Below, one piece after another: positions 8,450 to 17,115 of a stretch of DNA of 37,632 nt. The DNA comes from a virus (Duplodnaviria; Caudoviricetes): positions 1 to 37,632 of IMG/VR virus record IMGVR_UViG_3300037461_000753; one strand, 5' to 3'. Both the position numbers and the translations under genes were made by a program. Within the stretch, counting starts at the first letter, position 1. Every line of letters begins with the position of its first letter. The notes under the pieces were generated by a model that saw nothing but the letters and a program-made list of their open reading frames with translations, did no database searches and was not told where the DNA came from.

Positions 8450-9352
8450 CGTACTTCTCCTTGGTGGCCGCTGGTTCGCGGCGGCCGCGCGTGCGCGTGA
8501 GAACTCGACGGCCTTGGCCGCCAGTCTCGCGATCGCGTCATCGATTGAAACGACCTCGTCGATGAGGCCGATCCCTTTCGCCTGCTCGGCGAGGAACATC
8601 GCTGCGTCCTGCGCCCGCACGCCCGCGGCAGGCATCCCTCGCGTGTTCGCAACTGCGGAATAGAACCGCTCGGCGATTGCGGTGACGACTAGGCCTTCTC
8701 GCGCGATCGCTACATCGAGCACGGGCGCGTACGGGTTCGCCGGGTCCTTGCCGGCGGGCTCACGCACCACGGTCACAGCGATCCCGTCCTGCTCGAGGGC
8801 CTTGCGCTCGTCGACGATCATCGACCAGCAACCGACGCTGCCAACTTGCGCGGAGCGAGGCGCGTATACCCCCGCATTCGCGATCCCCGCGGCGAGCCAG
8901 TATCCTGCGCTCGCGGCGAGCTCATCCACGTATGAGGCGACGGGCTTGCCCGTGTTTTCTCTGGTCGAGACGATCGAGCGGATCGCTTCCTCGATCCCCT
9001 GCGCGTCTCCGCCAGGAGAGTCGATGCGCAGCAACACCGCGCCGACCTCAGGCTTGAGCAGCTCCTCGTTGATACGACTGGCGATCGCGTCGTACCCGTC
9101 GATGTAGCCGCAGAACGTCTCCGCTCTCTGCACCATCGGCCCGCACACGTCCACGATCGCGATAACTGATCGAGGACGCCGCGGAAGCGCATCCGCGTTG
9201 GTACGAGTCGCAACCCGTCGATACCGCACGGCTGACGGACCTTCGACCACCGCGAACGACCTGCCGACCGCAGCCGATGCGAGCGCGAGGACCTGGCCCG
9301 AGCGGTGACGGGCGAGCGTTCGACGGTCGAGCACGAAAGTGCGGTCCGTCAT
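7754..9352 (-). CDS. S49 (SppA-like) prohead protease fused to scaffolding domain
   Basis: LRIDSPGG, AASAGYWLAA and AQVGSVG S49 motifs; start MTDRTF by ATGA overlap with portal stop. Confidence 0.85.
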   Translation of the reverse strand: MTDRTFVLDRRTLARHRSGQVLALASAAVGRSFAVVEGPSAVRYRRVATRTNADALPRRPRSVIAIVDVCGPMVQRAETFCGYIDGYDAIASRINEELLKPEVGAVLLRIDSPGGDAQGIEEAIRSIVSTRENTGKPVASYVDELAASAGYWLAAGIANAGVYAPRSAQVGSVGCWSMIVDERKALEQDGIAVTVVREPAGKDPANPYAPVLDVAIAREGLVVTAIAERFYSAVANTRGMPAAGVRAQDAAMFLAEQAKGIGLIDEVVSIDDAIARLAAKAVEFSRARAAAANQRPPRRSTMNGQKPRSADGQPPAEGEQPAETGRATAAEVSQSCTECATACTDCADACESGTPDEAMAATSACIAACEACIKTCKSFLGTSDAPAEPKPEPAPAPAPADAQNAAATDRRVVSLLESIESERKAEKDAQRKAAEAAERKKLIASRKIVNKDVRAWLEDSRTPIQSVRDACRALPPSEIPNLAGDVTPGFTRGDGAHGLDERELKICKETGCTPERFAALKAQREAAKAARS

Positions 9353-10683
9353 GCGGCCTCCTGCATCGGCGCCGGCGTGGTCGATTGCTGCTCGGGAGCG
9401 GGCGGTGCAATCTTCTTCACGGGAACGCCCGCCCCATTGACGATCGCAACCAGGTCGAGCTCGAGGCCCACCTTCGCGAGCCTCGCTTCGAGCTTGTCGA
9501 TGAGCGCTGAGACTGCGTTCGCCAGCGCGGCGTTCGCTGCCGCCTCCTGTGTCTTGTCCTTGGGCGGCGTGACATCCCACACGACGATCGCCCGCGTCCC
9601 CAAGGCGGCGACGCCCCAGCGCACGACGATCCATGGCGGGATGCCCTGCGTGTTGACGGTGTGCGCGAGCGCGTCAGCGATTGCCTTGATGATGTCGGCC
9701 CTGATGCTCTTGTGGATGTCCGCGTTCGCAAACCCCACACCGCCGTCGGTCGTGACCTTCTGTCCGGCGAGCGCGATCACAAACTCATCGTTCGAATCGC
9801 CAATCGTCTTGCTGAAGGACTCGTAACCGCGGCCGTTGCTCTCGAGCAGCTTCACGTCGTACCCGGGCTTCATCCCGAAGACGGTGTTCACGCCCCACGC
9901 CATGACCTTCTCGAACCAGGAGTCGGACTGCTCCTCGGTTGCGCCGCTCGGCGAGGTCGCTACGCGCGCGGGATTGGCGAGCTTCGATTCCCAGTTGCCC
10001 CGGTAGCCCTTTGCGTGGGTTTTGTCGATCCACGCTGGTGCGATCGAAACCCACTTCCCATTTCGCCACGGCGCTACGCGGCCGCCGGGCAGGTGCAGGA
10101 TCCACCGCCCGTCACCGGGTGTGATCGGGACCTCGCCCTCGGCGGTCATAAAGTACCAGCGGTTCTCTTCCCACTTGTACCGCAGGTTCTCTGGATCCTG
10201 CCGAACCATGACGGGATAGTCGCGACCGACCACGGGCACGAGCTCGGCGACGCCGACACCGAGAAGAATTCCGTCAGCTGCGAGCAGCGCGAGTTCGGCG
10301 CTCGGGAACATCTCGTCGAAGACCGAACGTGTGTCGTTCGCCGGCTTGAGTTCAGTGACCTGCTCGGGATCGCCGGAGAAGACTTTCGGCAATCGCACAA
10401 GGCCATCCGTGCACGTGCTGAGCAGTCCGGAGATGACGCCATCGCGGCGCATCGCCGCGCACAGCTTCGCCGCTGGTCTCAGGTTGCCGCAGTCCGCTGC
10501 GCGGATGGCGTCCTCGATGTCTACATGATAGAAACGCGTCTGCTGCGCTGTCGTGCGCGCCAGGTTGCCAGCGTGCCGAGATAGGATGCGGTCGACTTTG
10601 TCGTCTTCGTCTTGCGAGTTTGCCGGCTTCTCGTACGCGCTTACGCCGAGGAGAGCGATGATTGCATCTCGGATGCCTGCCAC
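9349..10683 (-). CDS. Portal protein (DUF935/Mu gp29-like)
   Basis: 444 aa between terminase and protease; DGVISGLL, DGILLGVGVAEL and IALAGQKVTTDGG segments. Confidence 0.8.
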   Translation of the reverse strand: MAGIRDAIIALLGVSAYEKPANSQDEDDKVDRILSRHAGNLARTTAQQTRFYHVDIEDAIRAADCGNLRPAAKLCAAMRRDGVISGLLSTCTDGLVRLPKVFSGDPEQVTELKPANDTRSVFDEMFPSAELALLAADGILLGVGVAELVPVVGRDYPVMVRQDPENLRYKWEENRWYFMTAEGEVPITPGDGRWILHLPGGRVAPWRNGKWVSIAPAWIDKTHAKGYRGNWESKLANPARVATSPSGATEEQSDSWFEKVMAWGVNTVFGMKPGYDVKLLESNGRGYESFSKTIGDSNDEFVIALAGQKVTTDGGVGFANADIHKSIRADIIKAIADALAHTVNTQGIPPWIVVRWGVAALGTRAIVVWDVTPPKDKTQEAAANAALANAVSALIDKLEARLAKVGLELDLVAIVNGAGVPVKKIAPPAPEQQSTTPAPMQEAA

Positions 10684-10782
10684 ACCGCAATACTGACGCC
10701 GTTCAAAGAGACGCTCTGAGACTTTCGAACGCGCCCCTCCGACGTCTCAGACTGTCTCACGGAAAACATAGACGTCTCGCTA

Positions 10783-12486
10783 TCAGCCCACTCGACCCCC
10801 GAAGGGGTCGATCCGGCCCGAATACGGATCGAGAATCGGCACCCTACGATCGCGCTGCTCCTGCTTCAGAGTCTCCCTGCGCTCCTCGTCAGCGTCGCGC
10901 CGCTCTCCGGGCCGGCTGACCCACACGGCGAGCGCTACCGCGTCGGCACGGTCTGGAGAGCGCTTCAGCGTCTTTCTCAGTTCGCGCTTGCTCGTCACCT
11001 TCGTGCGGCCTTTGGGACCTTCGATCCACATAGGCGCGTGCAACTCGGCCTCGAGCTTCGTATCCTCGGGGATCGCTCCGCCATCGCCGTTCTCTTCGAT
11101 GGGTCGCAGCCACCGCTCGAGGTTTCCCCACAGCGCGTCGCGCTGCCTGTCCCACTTGTTGGGCTCTCGAGTCGCGCTGTCGGAAGCGCGGACGGGTACC
11201 AAGTCGAACGGCTTCTCTCCGTCTGGATAAGTGCGAAGATGGGCTGTGAATAGACCGTATACTTCGGAGCCAACTCGACCTTCGCGATCAAGCACGACGA
11301 TAGGCCGCTCTCCTGGCACCTGGTGCTCTCGGATGATGGCCTTCAGGTGCACCAAGTGCGCTTCCGCCGACAGTCCACGGAGCGCCAGCAAGTCGAACAC
11401 ACGAAGCCCTCGACGTGGGGCAAAGACAGATTCGTCGCCGTCGCCGCCGTCGCCGGCGGGGTCGAGCCCGATGGTGAGGACGCCTTCGCAGGGTGCGTCC
11501 TTCCAGCGTTGCTCGGCAAGCTCGATCCGGTGCAGGCTGATGCATTTGCCCGACTCCTTCGTGGGGAACAGCCCTTTGACGCGCACCTGGTAGAGCACAG
11601 AGTCCTCGCCCCACTCGCGCTTCTTCTCCTCGATCCAACCCACTTCTGCCAGGCCGGGCACGACAACCCTGCCCGCCTTTACGTTCGGAGAGTCCTCGCT
11701 GCTCAGCTGCAAACAGTACACTCCCTCCGGGTTAGTCTTCGATTGCTTGAGTTTGTGGAACGCGTCGAAGAAGAATCCCTCGTCCTTCGTCGGGTTGCTC
11801 GTCATCAGCAGGCGAGCCCCCCCTGCTCGATTGCCTTCGATGGCCTCCTTGATGTCATCTCCGATGCCGCTCGCCTCGTCGAGGATGTACAGCAGGTTCT
11901 TGCCGCTGATACCGGCGACGGCCTCTGCCTCGCGCGCGGTGAACCCGACGATCTCCCGGAAGTCGAGCGACTTCAGTCCCGATCGCGCGAGCGCGTGCAG
12001 CTCGCCACCGATCGGCTTGATGGCACGTCGGTGCAAGATACGAAGCTCGCGCCAGAGGATCTGGTCGACCTGGCGGGATGTCACGCTCGACATCACGACG
12101 CGCGCTTCCTCAAAGGAGCAGAAGAACCACAAGGCCACGATCGCGTCGGTCACGCTCTTGCCGATCTTGTGTCCGCTCGCGACAGCAACTCGCACGTGGT
12201 CTCGCACGGCGTGAAGGATTGGTGTCTGCTGGTCCGTCAGCTTCATGCCTAGGACCTCGAGCGCGAACGCCTCCGGATCGGCGCGGTACTTCTCACTCGG
12301 CCAGCGAACAGCCTCCGCGAGGTTGAGCGCACGGCGGATGGCCTCGCGCTCTAATTCGTCTCGCGTCGTCTCGAAGCGCAGCTGCAGGTCGTGATGGATC
12401 TCCGACGACAGTGACGAGCACATGGTGTGCGCGCGCCGCGGCTGGTCGCGCCTCGCGTTCACCTCGTGCTGCGTCGTTGTCGTCAC
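10783..12486 (-). CDS. terL: Terminase large subunit
   Basis: Walker A SGHKIGKS, Walker B YILDEA, coupling motif TSNP, nuclease IGLDPAG and SPDRADA; GTGA overlap with upstream stop. Confidence 0.92.
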   Translation of the reverse strand: MTTTTQHEVNARRDQPRRAHTMCSSLSSEIHHDLQLRFETTRDELEREAIRRALNLAEAVRWPSEKYRADPEAFALEVLGMKLTDQQTPILHAVRDHVRVAVASGHKIGKSVTDAIVALWFFCSFEEARVVMSSVTSRQVDQILWRELRILHRRAIKPIGGELHALARSGLKSLDFREIVGFTAREAEAVAGISGKNLLYILDEASGIGDDIKEAIEGNRAGGARLLMTSNPTKDEGFFFDAFHKLKQSKTNPEGVYCLQLSSEDSPNVKAGRVVVPGLAEVGWIEEKKREWGEDSVLYQVRVKGLFPTKESGKCISLHRIELAEQRWKDAPCEGVLTIGLDPAGDGGDGDESVFAPRRGLRVFDLLALRGLSAEAHLVHLKAIIREHQVPGERPIVVLDREGRVGSEVYGLFTAHLRTYPDGEKPFDLVPVRASDSATREPNKWDRQRDALWGNLERWLRPIEENGDGGAIPEDTKLEAELHAPMWIEGPKGRTKVTSKRELRKTLKRSPDRADAVALAVWVSRPGERRDADEERRETLKQEQRDRRVPILDPYSGRIDPFGGRVG

Positions 12487-13064
12487 GCCCCCAGTTCCTG
12501 CAACGCCTTCATCACGGCGACGCTCGCCTCGGGCCACGGGCGCAGGGCGCCGATTATCGCGTCCTGAATCCGCCGCCACGCAGGGAGCCGAACGATGCGC
12601 GACTCTCCGATCTCCTGCCCCTCTCCGGTCAGCTTGCCGAGCAGCTCGATGCACCTGGTCTCCGTCGCCTCGAGGCGCATCCGGATCTGCGGTGGCAGTT
12701 GGTGGCCACGCTTCGATCCCGCTGCGCGCTCCGCATCCAGCCGCGATAGCTGTGCCCGCAACCTCGCCTCTGCGTCGAAGCGGGCTATCGGGCCCGACTC
12801 GGCCACCACGGCGAGCGTCTGCGCCTCCTCCGATCTAACGCCGGCGCCAGCTGCGGTCGCTCGAGCAGCTCGCGGCTTCCGGTCCCACGCGTCAGCGGGG
12901 ACTCCAAACTTCTTGGCGATGGTCTTTCGGCGCGTAGGAGAGGGATTTCTATCTCCGTTCAGCCACTGCGTGATCGTGTTGCGGGCGACCCCGAGCTCCG
13001 CTCCGATCGTTTCGTGCGGCAACCCAGTCAATCCTAGCAACCGCCCGCCCTCATTCCGCGGCAT
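12483..13064 (-). CDS. Putative terminase small subunit with N-terminal XRE/Cro-type HTH
   Basis: SD GGAGGT before MPRNEGG; HTH HETIGAELGVARNTITQWLNGDRNP; helical C-terminus; coupled to terL. Confidence 0.65.
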   Translation of the reverse strand: MPRNEGGRLLGLTGLPHETIGAELGVARNTITQWLNGDRNPSPTRRKTIAKKFGVPADAWDRKPRAARATAAGAGVRSEEAQTLAVVAESGPIARFDAEARLRAQLSRLDAERAAGSKRGHQLPPQIRMRLEATETRCIELLGKLTGEGQEIGESRIVRLPAWRRIQDAIIGALRPWPEASVAVMKALQELGA

Positions 13065-13150
13065 GACGACCTCCAACCACACGCATCCTGAGACTTTTTC
13101 TCCTGAGAACGCCCTCCGCAGCGTTTTCTGGCCCCCGTGCGGCCCTCAGC

Positions 13151-13264
13151 GTCTCCCAACTGTAGGACCGGGGGGCGGGTGTCCTACATGTGAGACAACA
13201 TCCACTCGCGCCGCATCGAGACTCGCCCCCGGGGTCTCCCATACTACGTATGGGAGACACCCGG
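13151..13264. repeat. Cluster of three (pseudo)palindromes including a perfect 11-bp inverted repeat
   Basis: GTCTCCCA-ac-TGTAGGAC (13151-13168), TGTCCTACA-TGTGAGACA (13180-13197), GTCTCCCATAC-tac-GTATGGGAGAC (13234-13258). Confidence 0.85.
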
Positions 13265-13498
13265 CGAGTCATCGAATGCACTGGTTTCCCCTGTGTTTTT
13301 GTACAAAAGGCCTCGGGGCGAGTCTCGGGCGAATGGTCAGCGACCACCTGCAAGCACGCGAATTGATAGGTGGTTGAGATTCGCCGCGAGGGTAGGCTGA
13401 CCCACCCCCCGGCGAGTCTCGGGCGAGTGCCAAGAACCATTCGCCCGGCGAGTGTCATCATTCGCCCGGCGAGTCTCGGGCGAATCCGGCGAGTCGTC
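13218..13498. repeat. Iteron-like GGCGAGT repeat array (candidate replication origin)
   Basis: Eight GGCGAGT copies (13221 inverted, 13263, 13317, 13411, 13422, 13447, 13468, 13488), three extended to GGCGAGTCTCGGGCGA; AT-rich palindrome TTTTGTACAAAA at 13297-13308; directly downstream of the helicase gene. Confidence 0.75.
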
Positions 13499-13502
13499 GG
13501 GT

Positions 13503-15146
13503 TCATGCTCCCTCCTGGGTCGGACGGGGGGCCTCGATCCGGGCCCCGTGGGTCAGGTACCAGCTCTCCCGCCTGGCTTGGCGTCCCGTGCCGTATCTGC
13601 CCTCGATGCGGCCATCGCGCACAGCACGGTCGCGCCCGGCCTGGATAGCGTCCTTGGAAACGCCCTTGAGCCCCATGCGAATTTCCTCTCCGCTGCACCC
13701 CTCGTGACGGCGGATGAAGGTCTCGATCTGCATCGCGACCTTCGCGACGAACTCCTCCCCACGTTTCGGGGGACGGGGCCGCGGTCCGGTCGAGTCGTCG
13801 ACGGGGGCCTCGGCCTCGTGCAGCAGGGAGCGATCGCGGTCGAGTGTGAACCACAGCTCGCGACGGTCGTCTATCCCGATGCGGTTCTTTGGGAGGACGC
13901 CAACCACCATGCCCTCGCACTCATCATCATCACCCTCGAACTTGCGCAGCACCAGGAGGGCGTTGGACTGGTACTCGATGGTACCGGACTCCTTCGCAGC
14001 GGCGAGCAGGTTGACGTCGTTGTTCTTGCCCGTGCGCTGGTAGAGCACGCGGCTGGCCTCAGATGTGGCGACGATGACGAGGCCCAGGTGACGACCCCAG
14101 CACAGTGCCTTGACGATGAGATCCACGCGCACTTTCATCGACTCTGCCTCCTCGGCACCAGGCACCCAGGCCTTCTGGATCGAGTCGAGGAAGAGGACAG
14201 GGATCTGCCCAGTGTGGGCCGCGCGCTCGAACAGGGCGGAGATGACGTCGCGCAGGTTGAGGTTGTCGTCGAGCATACCGTCGAGCAGGAGCCACTCCGG
14301 CTCGGATGCGAGTGCAGCGACCGTGTCGAGGGCCTCTGGTTGAGCCGCCTCGATGTCAGATCGGGATAGTCCCTTGTGCCGACCGAGCCGCGTGAGCAGG
14401 TCACGCGGGGGCTCGTCGTAGGCGCACCAGGTCACGAGGGCTCCGTGGTCGCGCATCGCCATTGCGATTTGAAACGCCAGGGTCGTCTTGCTCGCGCCAG
14501 GCGCGCCGACGAGGGTGAACAGCGTCGAGCGCGGCAGACCACCCCGAAGAGCCGCGTCGAGAGAGGGGATGCCCGTGGAGATGCGCTCTAGGGGCACGCG
14601 CATCTCGCACACGAGCTCGGCGGGAGTGGGCCAGCGCTTGGAGTGGTCCTCGCGCGCGATGTCGGTGATGCTCTTGAGGGACTCCTGCAGGTACACGGCC
14701 GACGCACCGTTTGCGAGGTATCCCTCCGCGGCGATCTTCTGCGCTGTGAGGATCATCTGCCGGACGCGCCACTTCTCGACGATGCGCTCGGCGTGCGCCT
14801 CAGCGTTGGCCGTCGCCGGCGTGGCGTCTGCGATCTGGATCAGGTAGGGCACTCCGCCGACGCGTTGCAGGTTCTGGTTGTCCGCCAGGTATGCCTTCAC
14901 GGTCGACGTGTCGATGGGCTTGCCCTCGAGCTCCACGGCAAGCTGGGCGGCATAGACATGGCGGTTCGCGTCAGCGAAGAAGTGCCAGGGCTTGAGGATA
15001 CGGTTGACCTTCGCCGTCGTGCCCAGCAGGAAGACATCGGAGAGAACGACGGCCTCGGCATCGAGGTCGTTGGGAGGAACGCGCCCGTCGGACGGGGAGA
15101 GGTCGGCGCAGAGATCGGGCGGCATGTGAGGGTGGCGCTCGTTCAC
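13503..15146 (-). CDS. DnaB-like replicative helicase
   Basis: DnaB N-domain (PPNDLDAEAVVL...VGGVPYL) plus RecA-fold C-domain (TGIPSLDAALRGGL, GAPGASKT, FLDSIQ, ESGTIEY, KNRIG); GTGA overlap start. Confidence 0.85.
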   Translation of the reverse strand: MNERHPHMPPDLCADLSPSDGRVPPNDLDAEAVVLSDVFLLGTTAKVNRILKPWHFFADANRHVYAAQLAVELEGKPIDTSTVKAYLADNQNLQRVGGVPYLIQIADATPATANAEAHAERIVEKWRVRQMILTAQKIAAEGYLANGASAVYLQESLKSITDIAREDHSKRWPTPAELVCEMRVPLERISTGIPSLDAALRGGLPRSTLFTLVGAPGASKTTLAFQIAMAMRDHGALVTWCAYDEPPRDLLTRLGRHKGLSRSDIEAAQPEALDTVAALASEPEWLLLDGMLDDNLNLRDVISALFERAAHTGQIPVLFLDSIQKAWVPGAEEAESMKVRVDLIVKALCWGRHLGLVIVATSEASRVLYQRTGKNNDVNLLAAAKESGTIEYQSNALLVLRKFEGDDDECEGMVVGVLPKNRIGIDDRRELWFTLDRDRSLLHEAEAPVDDSTGPRPRPPKRGEEFVAKVAMQIETFIRRHEGCSGEEIRMGLKGVSKDAIQAGRDRAVRDGRIEGRYGTGRQARRESWYLTHGARIEAPRPTQEGA

Positions 15147-15526
15147 GCGGACCTCAGCAGTGCAACGGTGCCTCGAGGCATCACCCGCCCATACAGCGCC
15201 ATGTCGAGCGCAGCCCACAGGTCCTCGATGCGGTAGACGAGGATTCCAATGCCACCGTCGCGCTCGATGCGCCGCAGGAACCGCGACTGCGCCTCGGTCG
15301 GGCGGTTGGGCCAAACCTTGAACTCGGCCACGATGACGCGTCCCACGCGCCGGATGACCCCGAACTGGTCGGCGCCCCCGATGCCGCCCACGCCGTACTG
15401 CACTTTACGATTGCCGTAGGTCGCGACCCCGACGTTGTTGCGCATCCAGTCGACCAGGTGCCTGGTGCGCAGGGTGCAATCCTGCATGAGGACGTTCTCA
15501 GGGGTCGCGCGTTTGCCTCTGCTCAC
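15143..15526 (-). CDS. VRR-NUC / PD-(D/E)XK nuclease (putative junction resolvase)
   Basis: RNNVG...GGADQFG...AEFKV...RPTEAQSRFL motifs; GTGA overlap start with SD GGAG. Confidence 0.75.
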   Translation of the reverse strand: MSRGKRATPENVLMQDCTLRTRHLVDWMRNNVGVATYGNRKVQYGVGGIGGADQFGVIRRVGRVIVAEFKVWPNRPTEAQSRFLRRIERDGGIGILVYRIEDLWAALDMALYGRVMPRGTVALLRSA

Positions 15527-17115
15527 GTTCCAGTCTCCTGCATTGCGGAGGAAGAGGTTGATGCAACGGTGACGCGTACACGTTGGCCGTCGAGCTCGCG
15601 TTCTGCGTTGCCTGAAGCGATGGCCTCGCGACAGAGCTGCACGAGAGCTTTGACGTCCTCGACGCGCCACGCGCCTCTGATGTCCAGCGTCAGGTTCGAC
15701 CCACGCACCTGCCGCACCATCCAGAGGTCGTGCAGTAGCGATTCCGCGTCGTGGTATCCGGATTCGGCCAGCTCGTGCCGCATGGGCCAGCGCCATGTTC
15801 GTTTGTCACCGCGACCGCCTTGGTACAGCCTCGGATCGGTGTAGTACTGGACGAACAGGATCTTCGCGTACCCGATCTTCTTCTTCAGGATGAGGGCGGT
15901 GCGGACGAGATGTGACAGGTAGGTGATCTTGTCTTCGTGAGAGTCCTCAGCGTTCGCATCTAACAATCGTTGTTTGCGGACCTTCGGATCTTCCTTGCCC
16001 GGGCGCACGTATCCGCACTCCGGACAGGTTGCGTCCTTGAACTCGCACGCGCGCCACAGGTACCCGCATTCGGGGCACTGCGTGATCGCCTCGAGGTTCT
16101 CACCATCCTGGATGGCGCGGCCCTCGAGCGAGAAGCGCCGGTCGTCGTCCGGCAGCCCCAGATCGAGCGTGCAGCCACGCAGGTCGAGGATCAGGCAGTC
16201 GACCTTGCCAGGGCTCGCGCGCAGGCCTCGGCCGCACGCCTGCATCATCGCGCCTTCGGATGAGAATCCGCGGGCGAGGATGACGCAGTCGGTTTCGCGG
16301 CAATCGAAGCCCTCGGTCAAGACGTGCATGTTCGTGAGCACGCGAACGTCGCCGCGCCGGAAGGCAGCGATCACACCCTGGCGTCGATCGCGGCTCATCT
16401 TGCCGTCCACGCTCGCGGCCGCGATCCCCATGGCGTTGGCCTCGTGCGCCAGGTTCGTCGCGTGCCTCACTGAGGTGCCGAAGATGATGACGCGCTGCCG
16501 GTCTGCGGCGATCGTGCGAAGGGCCTCGATCGGATGCTCGGCCAGGGCCTTGGTCCTCTTCGTGGGGCGCTTGACGAGGCACTTGACCAGGTGCCCGGAG
16601 GCGATGAGCTCGCGCGGCTGGCAGGAGACGACCATCGAGTCGAACACGTTGCCAAGGGCCACGCCGTCACCGCGTTGAGGTGTGGCTGTGAGGCCCAGGA
16701 TCAGCGTCTGGCGATCGCGGTAGTGCGTCGCGATCTGCGTCCACTCGGGAGAGACGTGGTGATGCGCCTCGTCGAGCACGAGGATGTCGGCCTCCGGCAG
16801 CTCGGACCGCGCGAGCAGCGTCTGGATCGACCCCACCTGCAGGGCGTTGTCCTCGCGCGGCGCCCAGGGAGCGATGATGCTCGGGCTGCACCCTACATCG
16901 CGCAGGGCCAGCGCGGCCTGGTCGATGAGCTCCTCACGATGGGCGAGCCACAAGACGCGGCTCCCCTTCGTGATGCCGCCCAGCGCAAAGCGGCTGGCCA
17001 TGAAGGTCTTGCCCGAGCCGGTAGGAGCGACGATCAGGATCGAGCTCCGCCCCTGCCGGTAGGCGTCACGCACCAACGCATCGGTGCGCACCTGGTGAGG
17101 CCACGGCTGCAGCAT
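15523..17115 (-). CDS. SF2 DEAH-box helicase with C-terminal Zn ribbon
   Basis: APTGSGKT, AHREELIDQ, DEAHH, TATP, VLTEGFD, QACGRGLR, CPECG x2; TGATG overlap start MLQPWPHQ. Confidence 0.92.
   Translation of the reverse strand: MLQPWPHQVRTDALVRDAYRQGRSSILIVAPTGSGKTFMASRFALGGITKGSRVLWLAHREELIDQAALALRDVGCSPSIIAPWAPREDNALQVGSIQTLLARSELPEADILVLDEAHHHVSPEWTQIATHYRDRQTLILGLTATPQRGDGVALGNVFDSMVVSCQPRELIASGHLVKCLVKRPTKRTKALAEHPIEALRTIAADRQRVIIFGTSVRHATNLAHEANAMGIAAASVDGKMSRDRRQGVIAAFRRGDVRVLTNMHVLTEGFDCRETDCVILARGFSSEGAMMQACGRGLRASPGKVDCLILDLRGCTLDLGLPDDDRRFSLEGRAIQDGENLEAITQCPECGYLWRACEFKDATCPECGYVRPGKEDPKVRKQRLLDANAEDSHEDKITYLSHLVRTALILKKKIGYAKILFVQYYTDPRLYQGGRGDKRTWRWPMRHELAESGYHDAESLLHDLWMVRQVRGSNLTLDIRGAWRVEDVKALVQLCREAIASGNAERELDGQRVRVTVASTSSSAMQETGT

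Noticed and set aside
13180-13197. Possible parS site
   Set aside because: TGTCCTACATGTGAGACA is 18 bp and only loosely resembles the 16-bp TGTTTCACGTGAAACA consensus; kept as a generic palindrome.
13218-13498. Possible CRISPR array
   Set aside because: Repeats are 7-16 bp, irregularly spaced and in both orientations, with no spacers of uniform length and no cas genes.
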